A stretch of DNA of 64,000 nt, from assembly GCF_024521635.1 (NCBI RefSeq), contig NW_026250432.1:124001-188000 (forward strand). Reading direction: 5' to 3'. The notes under the pieces are model-generated. The model was not told the origin of the DNA. It saw only the letters and a list, made by a program, of their open reading frames with translations, and ran no database searches. This document shows positions 13,345 to 24,851 of this stretch, in pieces (the first letter of the stretch is position 1; every line of letters starts with the position of its first letter). Origin of the DNA: Tricharina praecox. Its lineage: Eukaryota. The position numbers were made by a program, and so were the translations under genes.

Positions 13345-15349
13345 AACGAATTACACGTCGTGTTTTGACCGGTTACAATCAGATGGAAGCGGTTTTTTGG
13401 TTGTTGTATGTGTCAACCTTTCTATGGGGCGAAGATGCGGAGAGTATGGCAAACACGTTTAAGGGCTTCGTTTCTCTGGACGCAGAAGCGATGGAACAGC
13501 CACCGGGGCAATGCGATATGCGTGCGCCTTGGGGGTATGTAGACAAGGAAGCGGGGGTGGGGCTGAGTGCGAAGTTAAGACACCGAAGATACTTGGGTTT
13601 AGGGTCGGGAACGGACGTTGCAGCAAGAGAAGCGGGCCGCGGCAAGTGACAGCGGAGTTCGGAGGGGGAGCGTGAAGCTCGAGCTGGCGATGGATGACGA
13701 TGATGGGGTGACGATGAAGAGTATGGTATTGGAGAAGGATGGATGCTCGAGGAGGGTTGCCTTTGGGGGTGGACAAGCGGTGGACGGTGGGGTTGGAGCT
13801 ATGTAGGGGTGCTGACCGGGGTGCTGCCAGGCTGCCGCCTGTGTCTTCGTGTCTGTGCTAGCTGCAACAGGTTCTGTAAAAGCACTCTATTCCTGTCCTG
13901 TGTCGTCCGAGTGAATGAATTCAGCAGGCACGGTTGTGAAGTCGGACTCGAAGACTTCTTGTTCTCTCGTCGCTTGCGATCATCGCAGGGAGAGGAAGCG
14001 GTGGGGTGGGATCTACGGTCTCCACATAGGGATGCGAGGCAGGATCTCTACCGCCAACACCAAAAACCCCCTGGTTTATCGAGCCAGTAGCGCTCGTGGA
14101 GCCAGAATAACCAGGTGAACATACAGCCTTAGATCGATGGAATACGGCCGTACATCGGCATCAACACATATCGTCTTTCTGCATGGGAACTCTGCAGAGT
14201 ACCGCAGGCCGTCTCGGGAAATCCAAGCTCTTCCACTCCGTCTCCAGACGACCACAAGACTCCACGAGCGCGGACGTCGCGCCTTATCTATGTGTAATAG
14301 CCTAGCCCTCATGAATCATGACAGGACGAGACTCAACAACTACGTTTACCATGTGAAATTGCACGCAACGGCGACATAATCCAAGCATCGTGGCTGTTCC
14401 AAAAGTGGTCAAGCGTAGTGATGAATCGCGAAAGACCGAGTGACAGGTTATGACATTCGAAGATTACTCTTCCACGGCACAGATCCCAGATCTCGAGAAT
14501 CATGCTGAGTGACGGAGTAATGTAAGGCCATGAGCCCCCCGGCCCTCTTACCCCAGCACCATCATGCGCATTCCCATTACTGCGTCAGTCGTTTGCGAGG
14601 ACTTCTATGCAGGGTGAAGGAAGAAATCGCGGCCACGAGCGGAGTGAGGAAGATTGGTACTCCATAATACATTAGCATCACCTCGACGTTTCGACAGAGA
14701 AATAAAAAAGGCTTGATCTTCCCACATCTTGGCTGTGATTAGGTATCTCATCTCGGTGGATGCCGTGTCTAGTTGGAACGTAATCACGCAAAACAGAAGG
14801 TCCGAGGGCAAAAGAAAGTCCGAAGAGCAACTTGATTTCATAACCATTCCTTGCTGCGGGTCTCTACTATGTAGTATTCTTCCTATCCAGTGACGTCCAG
14901 CGAAGAGAAGTCCAAATCCAAGCCGCGATGAAATCACTCGACACAGCACAGCACAGCACAGCACAGCGTCTATTCTACGGTCTGTCACCCAGAGTTGAGC
15001 ATGAGCGTGAGCGACTGAATGCAGGAATTGAATGGGGAAGGGAGCCTTGAATCCTTGATGTAGGGTTTTGAAAACGACTGACGCTTTCCCTTTCCTTTCC
15101 TTTCTATTTTGTCATCTCATTGTTCTTCTTTCTTTCTGTCTTTCTTTCTATGTTTCTATGTGCGGATGGGCCGCCGGAGAGCAATAGGGAACCCACATCG
15201 AACTCGCGAGCTCGCGGCCAGCAGTCGCAGACAGTGGGGTGGAACTGGACGTGTGTATTGTATTGTACAGCCATGATCTGATAAGGTCGAATGCTATGTA
15301 CCTATGATGATTAAACAAAACAAAATTGAGCATGAGCGTGAGCATGATC

Positions 15350-15853
15350 GTCAGAACGCAGTCCGAGTTTGGGCCAGGCGGCCGAAAAGATCGTCGTGGC
15401 CGCGAGTACCGGTGGGTATGCCTCTCATCCGGTCGAAAGCTGACTGGTTTGCGGATCCTGTGCGCACGAAACAGTTTCCAGTGATCAACATCCCGTACTC
15501 CAACGAACCAGAGGCTGACGGAAATGCGGGAGGCTGGGAGCTTCCATCGGACGAGGACGTCGAGACTCGACACAATGATAGTAGAGCAGCCGCAGCAATG
15601 TGGGGTAAGCAAAGAAAAGCTTGAAGGAATCGCGTATGGAATAGAGTACCTACATCAGATGACTTCCCTCTATATTTCGTACGATTGCACACGGGAGATT
15701 GACATCAAGGTTCTTCGAACGTCCGCGCTACCAAGTATAAGAAAAGCAGGCCCTCATATGAAGAACCTACGATTCTTATATGTATCAGCTGGCGATATTT
15801 TCAGTTACGGAGGCATCACTATGGACTTCTTGATGATGTGGAAGTCCCGATAA
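15350..15853 (+). pseudogene. Probable degraded lineage-specific gene
   Basis: Protein-like ORF 15524-15853 (...LEGIAYGIEYLHQMTSLYISYD...SALPSIRKAGPHMKNLRFLYVSAG...) preceded by an intron-like segment (GTATGC...GCTGAC...ACAG, about 15416-15474), but an in-frame TGA at about 15482 breaks continuity. Confidence 0.3.
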
Positions 15854-16120
15854 CATTAGTTACGGCGACCTAACCACCTAAACTATGTACATATGTTGAG
15901 AGAAGAACCGGACGAGCGACCACCAGCACCCACGAACCGCAATCTTCACACCTATGCTCTGTCGGACCCCCCTCCCCCTAGATATAATCTCTCATAAAAG
16001 CATCATTAATCATCATTAATCATTCACAAATCATCACAGATCATCATGACTCAATACATTACCCCCGGCTCCCCCACCAACCAACCCTCCTGTACCGTAT
16101 TTATACCCGTTGCTTTGCGC

Positions 16121-17524
16121 CTACCGCAACTTCAGCGTACAATCATCAGACCACGCTGACGAGTAACTCCTCAGCGTGTCCCCGCCAAATTTGATCATGG
16201 TGCTGATCTGGGGCATTTGAAGAGCTAAAGTTGAGTTAGCACGATGGGATGAGCGGCCTGGAGGCACGTACCTTTCTTTATGGCGCGCGTTCTGACGGCG
16301 TGAGGCGCAACTTCGGCCATTCGCAGGATCTGGTTGCACACCGCTTTGTAGTCGTCGTCGTGTTGGCACGCAAACTTGCAGATTTGTTTGTGGTCGCGCT
16401 CCAGCGGGTATCGTGGGTCGGCACCGACGTTTAGCAGCGCGGAGGAGCGCTCGACGATCTGCCATCCACTATACATCAGCATCATATAAACGACTGGAAG
16501 GAGGATAGAGACTACTCACAACATGGTCAAAGGCACTGACGACACGGGCTATCTTCGTCTTCTTAGTTTCGTAGAAAGTGGCCAGATCCAGGCCGTCGTG
16601 GTTCAATCTAAAGTCGTTTTCGATGTCGTCGAGTTGGCCCGAGTTCATGCACAGTGCTAGAATTAGGTCCTCCCGGACACCGAGAGCTTTGGCGGCGATG
16701 CCGAGAAAAGAGTTGCAGGCCAGATCGCTGCCCTTGTGCGGTGTGGCGAGGAAGACGATGCCGTGGGTTACTGTGCTGATCATGGCGGTTTGGGTGTCTT
16801 CGAGGGCTGTGTTGAGAGCCTAAAGAAAACTATTAACACTGACTTCTCCAGAGAAGAATGGGGGGGAGTGTAATTACCAGCTTGACAATGATCCCGCCCA
16901 AGCTGTGGCAAACAAAGATGATAGGCCTGTTGCATTCCTTTCGTCCCCGCTTGTTGATGATGGCCCAGAGCAGCCCCTGCGCAAATTCTGGGATCGTCGT
17001 CGTCGATGTTTTATCCCACACACTCGAGTTGTAGCCATAGGTCATGATCCGAGTCTTGGGCATCTGTGCAGGAAGGAAGTCTCTCAACCACATCCTATCA
17101 CCCGAAGCCCACGAGGAAAATGCGTGGCCGTTGAGACCATGGACAGCAATAAGACTGTGGAGAAGAAGACATTTTGCTTCAGTATATGCCACACGAAAGA
17201 AAGCTACTCAGCACAGATGGGTGGGTGGATTTACTCGACTTCGTCCTGGTCACCGCTGGTCGAGAGGACGGTGAGGCCCAGAAATTCCGTGTCGATATTG
17301 GGTCGTTTCCCAAGACATTTAGCGGGCTTGAACCTCTGAACAGACCTGAACTTGTCGGCGGCCCTCTTGGACCCGAAGGTGATGGTTGCGGTCGAGACCG
17401 AGTTATGGGAGGAGTCGGTCGGTGCCAAAGATATACAGTCGGTTGAGACGCCGGCTGCCTTAGAGAGCTCCCTCCTGGTTGTCGTTCGTGGGATGCCGGT
17501 GAGTCTGAGGGTGGTGGAAGTCAT
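16121..17524 (-). CDS. SesB/SERAC1-like (DUF676/PGAP1-type) alpha/beta-hydrolase, about 378 aa, 5 exons
   Basis: Exons 17524-17235, 17154-16878, 16819-16541, 16458-16272 and 16224-16121 join in frame. Motifs DLIAVHGLNG, MWLRDFLP, RIMTYGY, RPIIFVCHSLGG (nucleophile), GIVFLATPHKGS, FYET, DHKQICKF. Confidence 0.9.
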
Positions 17525-18237
17525 GGTTAAGATTCATATACACCGAAAGTGTTTGTACTGTACTGTCTTCCTTCCTTTCTTTCCCCAGAACTAAGAGGGT
17601 GCGCGACTATAAAATAGCAAATCATCCCATGGCCCACGAGCTGGCCAAGTGCGCGGATTCCATCCATAGCCCAGCGGGTGTAACCTCCTGCTGCGGCTGC
17701 TGTCAGAACCCAATATGGTGTGGAGATAACGGCACTTGGAGCGAGCAGGATGCATACGATCACGACAGGCCCTGCGGTCGACCATACGAGCGTGCTACGG
17801 GTACTGGAATACGGTCAGTGGCTGTTGAGAGGACTCGTAGCTCTAGAACCAATGCGGACGATATGTTTCTTGTGCTCAGTACATACCTCTGACCGTTTTC
17901 TAAGAATATGATGCACAAGCCCCGCCCCGACACCGGTTCAATTGGAAGCGGAAGCTCGATGCCATGTACCGAAGCCGAAGGAATTCAGTGCCGCTTCCTT
18001 ACTGGACCTGCATTGAAGTCTCCCTCTTGACAGCGCTTCCAGTATCGCCCGAGCATGTCGAAACTCCTCTAGTTCGCCTCAAGGGCTAACTGCTAAGGTT
18101 GCATCTTGAGACGGCTAATCGCTTAGCTAGTGGCAGTGCTCGACGGAACGAATCACGGCCATGCGGGGGAGGGTGCGTAGGGCAGTTTCAGCATTGGGCG
18201 GTTACGATCCGAGCCTGCGCATTGGTTGGCAGGAATG

Positions 18238-18880
18238 TCAACTAGCAGCTCCTGCATAATAATTATAGGGCGGAGGATATGGACGAGTGCCTTCTTCTTC
18301 CTCGTCCAATGGAGCTGCTGGAGTTTGAGCTTGACCCGAGAATATGTATGCAGGCCTTTGGGGGCTGCAGTCTCCGGGGGTTCCGCGATTCGAAGCTCTT
18401 CTGGAATTGATATGTATCATGACACCAGCCAGCAGCAAAAGCGGGGGCTTCACGATACGTGTCGAGAATCAAGGCCCGGGGAGCTCTGAAGCAAGTTGCA
18501 AAAGCGGGGAAAGCGATGCCAAAGCTCTTATCGAAGGAGGGTAGCGACCTGGGAGCAACCATAGAAGTCAAGTACTGCCCCATCTGGTCACCGGCGATCA
18601 CTGGCCCGACGACATCGCAGAGATGAAATCAAGGCGGGCCGGCAGCTGCGGGTTCCCGCGTTGGAAGAGTCGTTTCAACGCCACATTCGACTGGTATGTA
18701 TGGCCGGATTCTGCTGCAGTAGGAGAAGATGATGTTTGGTCGGATTCTGCCGCAGTCGGAGAAGAGCATGTTTGGTCGGATTCTGCTGCAGCAGGAGAAG
18801 AGCCATGGCCAGACCTCATCCGAGTTGCGAACCGTGCAGATCTCTCCGTTGATCGCTCCGAATCGCACGAAATACCGCAT
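18238..18880 (-). pseudogene. Probable frameshifted single-pass membrane protein gene (S/T repeats, TM-like segment, PPxY tail)
   Basis: Successive minus-strand frames give SSPTAAESDQT x3, then DKSFGIAFPAFATCF / PLLLLAGVMIHINSRR, then ...EEEEGTRPYPPPYNYYAGAAS*. Stops and frame changes separate them and no clean introns were seen. Confidence 0.35.
18705..18812. repeat. Three tandem 36-bp repeats
   Basis: CGGATTCTGCYGCAGYMGGAGAAGA-(N)-ATGTTTGGT units start at about 18705, 18741 and 18777. Confidence 0.9.
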
Positions 18881-19162
18881 CCCGCTTGAGGTCTTCTGAT
18901 GATAATTTTTCAGAGTCTGAGGGTTTGGCTTTTCTCAATTTGCAATCATGGTTGAGTGTTTGAAAGTCTGGATTGACGGCGGGATCTCGCTTGTGAATCG
19001 ATACCGCTAACTGCCGAGAGTGAGTAACTTGCAAAGCTTGAACAGCGTTCTCGCAAGTTCGTAGCCAGCCGCAGAGCGCATCCTGGACCTCTCGGTATCT
19101 GCCGCACTCTGAGGCACCCCCCGTCGGTCAAACCCCCCAAACTCCACCCCGTCATCGATCCA

Positions 19163-20833
19163 ATGCAGTTCGTCCGCCCCCTCCGTCTGAGCACGAAACG
19201 AATTGTTTCGCTACGCCCAATTCCAATCACCAGATACCACCGGACCTATGCCACCACAACCACCACCACAACCAACTCAGCAGTTATCTACGATGTAGTT
19301 ATCGTTGGTGGAGGACCAGCGGGACTTTCGTTGGCCAGCGCGCTGCGTATGACGTTCTACCACCACCCCCCACCATTTCCTCGTGCTGATGGGTCGCAGG
19401 CTCCTCGCCAGCCACGAACGCGCTCAGAGTCGCGCTCATCGAGGGTATGGATCTGGAGCCATTGAGGAAGTGGGCACCGGAGCCGAGGACTTACTCGAAT
19501 CGCGTCAGCTCGTTGACTCCGGGATCGGTTAGGTTCCTTAGCGATACTGGCGCGTGGAATCATGTTCGGGGGGAGCGGGTACAGGCATACGATGGGATGA
19601 ATGTCAGTCTGAATCATTTAATTTTGGGGCGGGAGGGCGGGCGCGCTGATGTGTTGGCTGGATAGGTGTGGGATGGTGTGTCGGGCTCGCAGATTTCCTT
19701 CTCGGCGGGCTTGCAAGGATCGGAGTCGACGATTGCGTACATGTGTGAAAACAACAACCTCGTCTCCGGACTCCTCTCGAGGATCGCTGAGCTCGGTGAG
19801 GGGATTGATATCATGGACAAGACGAGGGTGGAAAAAATCAGCTTCGGTGAGGACAACGGGGAGCTGGATCTGCGATCATGGCCGGTCGTGCAAGTGTCCT
19901 CGGGCAAGCAGTTAGCAGCGCGGCTGCTCGTTGGCGCTGATGGCGCAAACTCTCCAGTGAGGACGTTTGCGGATATTGAGACACGCGGATGGGATTATGG
20001 AAGGCATGGGGTTGTCGCTACGCTAAATCTGGAGGAGGAGGGAGAGAAGATCGCGTATCAGCGGTTCCTACCAACGGGCCCTGTCGCAATGTTGCCCGTA
20101 AAGTCCCCGTAGCTCGTTGTTGGCTTTGGGCTGACGGCTCGATGACAGTTACCAGGGCCGTACGCCTCACTCGTATGGTCAACCACACCGCAGAACGCAG
20201 CAGCTCTCAAGACACTAAGCTCCGACGGCCTTGCGGCGATGGTAAATGCCGCCTTCAGGTTGAGCCACGTCGACATCGATTTCATAGTTTCCAACTTCAA
20301 GGCTGGACTCGTGGACGAGGTCGCATGGCGGGAAAAATCCACCTCCTTCGATACCTCCCGCGTTCCTAGCAGAGTAGTTGGTGTGCAGGAAAAGTCCGTA
20401 GCCAGCTTTCCGCTCAAGATGCGACACGCAGACTCCTACATCTCCGAGCGGGTAGCGCTCATCGGGTTCGTCATCCAGCCCGCCCCATTTCCACCGTCCA
20501 ATTCTAACAGCACGCAGCGATGCAGCCCATTCCGTCCACCCCTTAGCTGGTCAAGGCCTCAACCAAGGACTTGGCGACGTCAGGTCCCTCATAAAAACTC
20601 TTGAATTCGCAGTCCAGCACGGCCAGGACATCGGCAGCGTGCTCAGCCTCGAGCCGTATTTCTCAGAGCAGTATCTCAAGAACCATGTGCTCCTCGGTGT
20701 CGTAGATAAGCTGCACAAGCTTTATGCCACTACGTCGGCACCCGTGGTGGCGGCTAGGAGCTTGGGCTTGGACGTGGTCGATAAGTTGGGCGTGTTCAAG
20801 AGGTTCATCATGGCGCAGGCGGCGGGGAGGTGA
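19163..20833 (+). CDS. COQ6: Ubiquinone biosynthesis FAD monooxygenase Coq6, mitochondrial, 5 exons
   Basis: Mitochondrial presequence, YDVVIVGGGPAGL, YSNRVSSLTP, LLVGADGANSPVR, YQRFLPTGPVAMLP, RVALIG|DAAHSVHPLAGQGLNQG. Four GT-AG introns keep the frame. Confidence 0.96.
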
Positions 20834-22497
20834 TGCAATATACATGGCAGACAATGATGGAGCAAGAACCCGTAGAGGATCAGATTGAGGTCGAGACAAT
20901 TTCATTTTACCCATCACATACATAGGATAGACTGATGAGCGTGAGGTCGTGCGAGATATGTTGGAAAGAAACAGCCAACACTGAGGTCTGAGGTACATAG
21001 AAAGGGTTACCTACCTCATAGGTGAGTAGATATGGTGGTGGAGTACTCATAGGTAGAGATCCTTTATAGACAGTCATCAATCACTAGGTGCCAGCTGCCA
21101 GCAGCAATTATTAAGCATCAAGTTCAAGTATCCATCACGGAAAAAACCCGCGCGGTCTAGTAGTCCATGCAATCGGCGAGGGGAGCCGACTGAAAGTTCT
21201 GGGTTCAACCCGGGTAAAGGACCTTGTTTCGACTCCTGGGGTTTCCAAGTCACCCAGGAACTGTGGTTCTTCACTGCATATCACTCGTCGCAGGATATCA
21301 CGACTTGGAATATTATACCCCGCAGCTGGTGCCCAGCAAGAGTGACGCTTGCGAGATGAATCCGAGAAGAGATGCGGCTGTCTAAAGCCACGCGGAAGGA
21401 AGAGTAACAGGGCCACGCTGGGAGGCGTTCGTGGTAAAAGTTTAAAAAGGCCTCCACATGGCACAAACGTCCATACGGCGTTTTCCTTCCCTCCCACCAT
21501 CCATTTATCCACCTAACAACGTGGGTGCCACCCTCCTTCCCCTCCCCCACAAAGCCAACACCAATATACACCGACGCTAGAAATTTCAACCCAGGGTCCA
21601 AGTGTGCGGCCAGATCTGGCAGCGCTGCGATTGTTACTGTACCGAGATGACATTGCGCCCGCCGCCCAGCATAGTCCCGGATTCGGATTGCTGATTGCTT
21701 GATTAGTTCCCATGTACCTACTACACGTGGTAGCCCACCTTCCACCTCTCATCTCCCACATCCGCCCAATTCCCTTCTCTTCCCCCCTTCTCTTCCCCAC
21801 CCTCCACCCAAGATCGATTCGCTGAAATCACCCCGCAGCCAACTACCATACGCCGTGTGTGTATGGGGACAGGCTATCTATGAGTCTCCACGCCCAAGAG
21901 CAGCGTGGCATCAGCACCAGATCAGTCACCAAACGCAGTGCCTTTCGACGACGACCACGAATGAGAACTGCCGCCGACCCCCCCACCTGGAAGACGGTCC
22001 GGATATTTCAAGCAATGCAGCGGTTCAGATGCGGCTTCGATTCGATTTGATGGGAGGCCTGCCACCTGGTCATGATACACGAACGAGCGGGGAAACGTAT
22101 CGTAGGTATCTAGGTGGTTACCGTGGCCACGGGGCGGTTCGATAAGATGGGCGGGGTATGGGCTGGGCCGCTCTCCTCGTGGTCGGGGAGGAAGAAGAAG
22201 CTCACCGGTCGTGACGCGGCCAATTGGAAATTGGGCGTAGAGGTGAAACAAGGAGGGAGGTCAGGACTTAGGGACTCCGATGGATCTGTCAAATCAGGAA
22301 AGCATAAAGGAAATGCAATTGTGAACAGGAAACCTAATCTCCGCCATCGTTGGTATCGACTAACTATAGACGTTCCACTGGCACTCCTACATACCTAAAT
22401 TGTACGGCCAGGCCAGGCCATTGGCTACTGATGGTCCGAAATCCGCAGATCTTCCCCGTAGCTAACCTTGATCGTGGACGTTCTATTGCATCTCCTC

Positions 22498-22735
22498 CAT
22501 GGCCAATCCCGAATACTGATATGGACGCAATGCGAGTGTAGCCATGGCCATGGCCAATCCCGAATATGGACACACTGCGAGTTTCACCTTAACCATGGCC
22601 AATCCCAAATATAGACGGACTACGAGTATCCTCATGGCCAATCCCGATTGTAGACAAACTACGAGTCGCCATGGCCAATCCCGAATACGGACGTACTACG
22701 AGTATCGCCATGGTCAATGCCGAATACGGACATCC
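22498..22735. repeat. Minisatellite of six ~39-bp units with core CATGGCCAATCCCGAATA
   Basis: Core starts at 22498, 22549, 22594, 22633, 22670 and 22709; the remainder of each unit is homologous (GAC...ACTRCGAGT). Confidence 0.95.
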
Positions 22736-22957
22736 ATCTGATACCTGGAATTCTCAGAAACGGTCGGATACAGATTGATGAAACCTTCACCCGCCCCCCT
22801 TCCATCAGACTCCGCAGAAACCCCCTCCAAATCCACGGCACATAAACTGAAAGGTATGATGTTTTGTCCAAGACAACGCATGTCTCTAAACAAAGAAGTC
22901 TGTACCTACAGTCCAGTCAATCTAATCTAATCTCCCCCTCGCAGCAGCTGCCCATCC

Positions 22958-24851
22958 CTATTCATCATCACTATCATCGGCACCTCCAAACCCAAAAGCG
23001 AACGAGAATCCTATTCCGCCCTCCTTTTTCTCCTTTTTCTCACCCACCAGGTCGCCCCACCTATTTCGCTTCTTGTTTCTCTTCCTCGCCTCGATAGCGT
23101 CCCTAGCCGCCGCAAGTTCTTTCGGGAACGACTCCTCCATGCGCTGCACAAACAGGCCGTACGGGTCAGCAACACGATCGCAGTTAAACCCACTCACGCT
23201 CTGCCGCTGCACATCCAGGAACTCCAGGGCCGCGGGGAGTTGTGTGCTGGGAATAAAGTTCTGGGTGAGTGCCAGCGAGGGCGCAGTGTTAACTACCAGG
23301 TGCCACCAGCCTATATATGTCTCCATCAGCAACTGTACACGGATCACTCGGCGACGGAAAATCTGCCTACCGGACGGAACATGCAGGACCTCGCCCGCGC
23401 GGCAGACACCCTCGATGCAGCCCTGCATTCCCCTCGCGGCACGGTGGAAGCCCACCAGCCACTCGGCGATACTGAGGGGACTAGTGACCTCGCTCTGGTC
23501 CTGAGAGACGAAGACGCCGGGCGGCGGGGTGTTAGGCGGAAACATTATCCAGTACTTTTCGCCCTGGAGCACGGCGTTCCACGCCGACGTTGCGTTCGGG
23601 TCCTTGTGGAAAGTGCTGCCGCTGCGAGCGGGGCCCAGGATGAGCCAGCGGTGGTCGGGGCGGTCCGCTCCGAGGACCTCGAAGAAGTCCCGGCCGAAGC
23701 ATGCCGGCGCCGCGAAGCCGGATTCCAGCGCGCCCTGCGTCTTCGTGACGAAATGCCGGTCGAATAGGTACAGTGGGCTCTCGTCCGTTTGGTTCTCCAT
23801 GTAGGAGATGTAGTCGCTCAGTCTCCAGTCGACGCTTTCGGCGCGGAACCGCACGTCGCCGTATGAGCGCTCGAGGGATTGGTAGGTCCAGTGGTCATCG
23901 CGGTAGCCGGACCAGGCCTTGACGGGCGAGGTGAGGATGAACGGCATGGATGAGTATTCGCCGTTGAACTGTGCTTCCGTGAGGTCGGGAAACCGCCGGA
24001 TCTGGTTGCGCGGCGGGATGTTGGAGACGAAGGGCGCCAGCGGGATCTGCGACATGTGGAAGGGGCGGTATAGGGCATCGGAATAGAGGTCTGGTAGGGC
24101 GATGTGCACCTCGCGCGATTCTGGCAGGTCGAGGAGCGTGCGACGCCACGTTCCGCGCCAGGTAAAGGCCGTTTCGGAGGCTGCGGATCTGGAGGGGAAA
24201 AACGTCAGATGGGTGCACCAGTGGATAGTCAGTCATAGATACCGACTGCCTGCGTGTAACATGGAGAACGTGGATGCTGCCGTGCTATGGCTCTTGTGCG
24301 ACATGCGACGAATGGCTGCGAACGATGGTGGATGCAGGGCCGCGCAAAGGGCAAAGCATTCCACGCAGACATCTCACGGACATCTGACAGAAATCTGACA
24401 CACAGGCGGGCAATTCGGTTTCTACATACCCGATGAACAGGGCCTTCCACAGCTCCTCGGTGCGGCTGAAGCCATACAATGCTTTGCTGGTGGCAGCGAG
24501 CGCATTCAGATCGTCGGCAACAAGATATCCCAGCACCTGGAGGATCAGCTCGTCGGGGAAGAGGGCGAGCTGGCCGCAGGATGTGTCACGCAGATTGGTC
24601 GAGGACGTGAAGGCGTTGCCGCTTGGCTTGATGCGGAGAGGGTGTGGCTGGATGATCTCTGTTTCCGCATCTGTTTCAACCGTCGCCGCGGCCGCCGCTG
24701 TTTCCTCAGTTTCTTTTGCTTTTGGTGGTGGTGGTCCGGCATGTGCAGCACTGACGTCGTCGTGCAGGGAGCGTCCGTTGGGCAGGGTGGATTTTAAACG
24801 TTTCGACGGCGGAGACTCCCCGTGAGCCAGGGAAAAGAGCGAAGGGGCCAT
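22958..24851 (-). CDS. F-box + JmjC domain protein (JMJD6-like hydroxylase/demethylase), 3 exons
   Basis: F-box LALFPDELILQVLGYL...LW; JmjC RPDHRWLILGPARSGSTFHKDPNATSAWN and VLHVPSG|WWH (HxD...H triad). Introns at about 24189-24429 and 23311-23370. Confidence 0.92.

Noticed and set aside
13594..13606. Telomere-like GGGTTTAGGG or telomerase template
   Set aside because: Under two repeat units; no array or other telomerase RNA feature.
14531..14538. Crz1 calcineurin-response element (GGGGCTCA on the minus strand) upstream of CMK1
   Set aside because: Single degenerate 8-mer 1.2 kb away; not distinguishable from chance.
22498..22735. CRISPR array
   Set aside because: The would-be spacers are homologous to each other, the core is only 13-18 bp, the context is eukaryotic and there are no cas genes.
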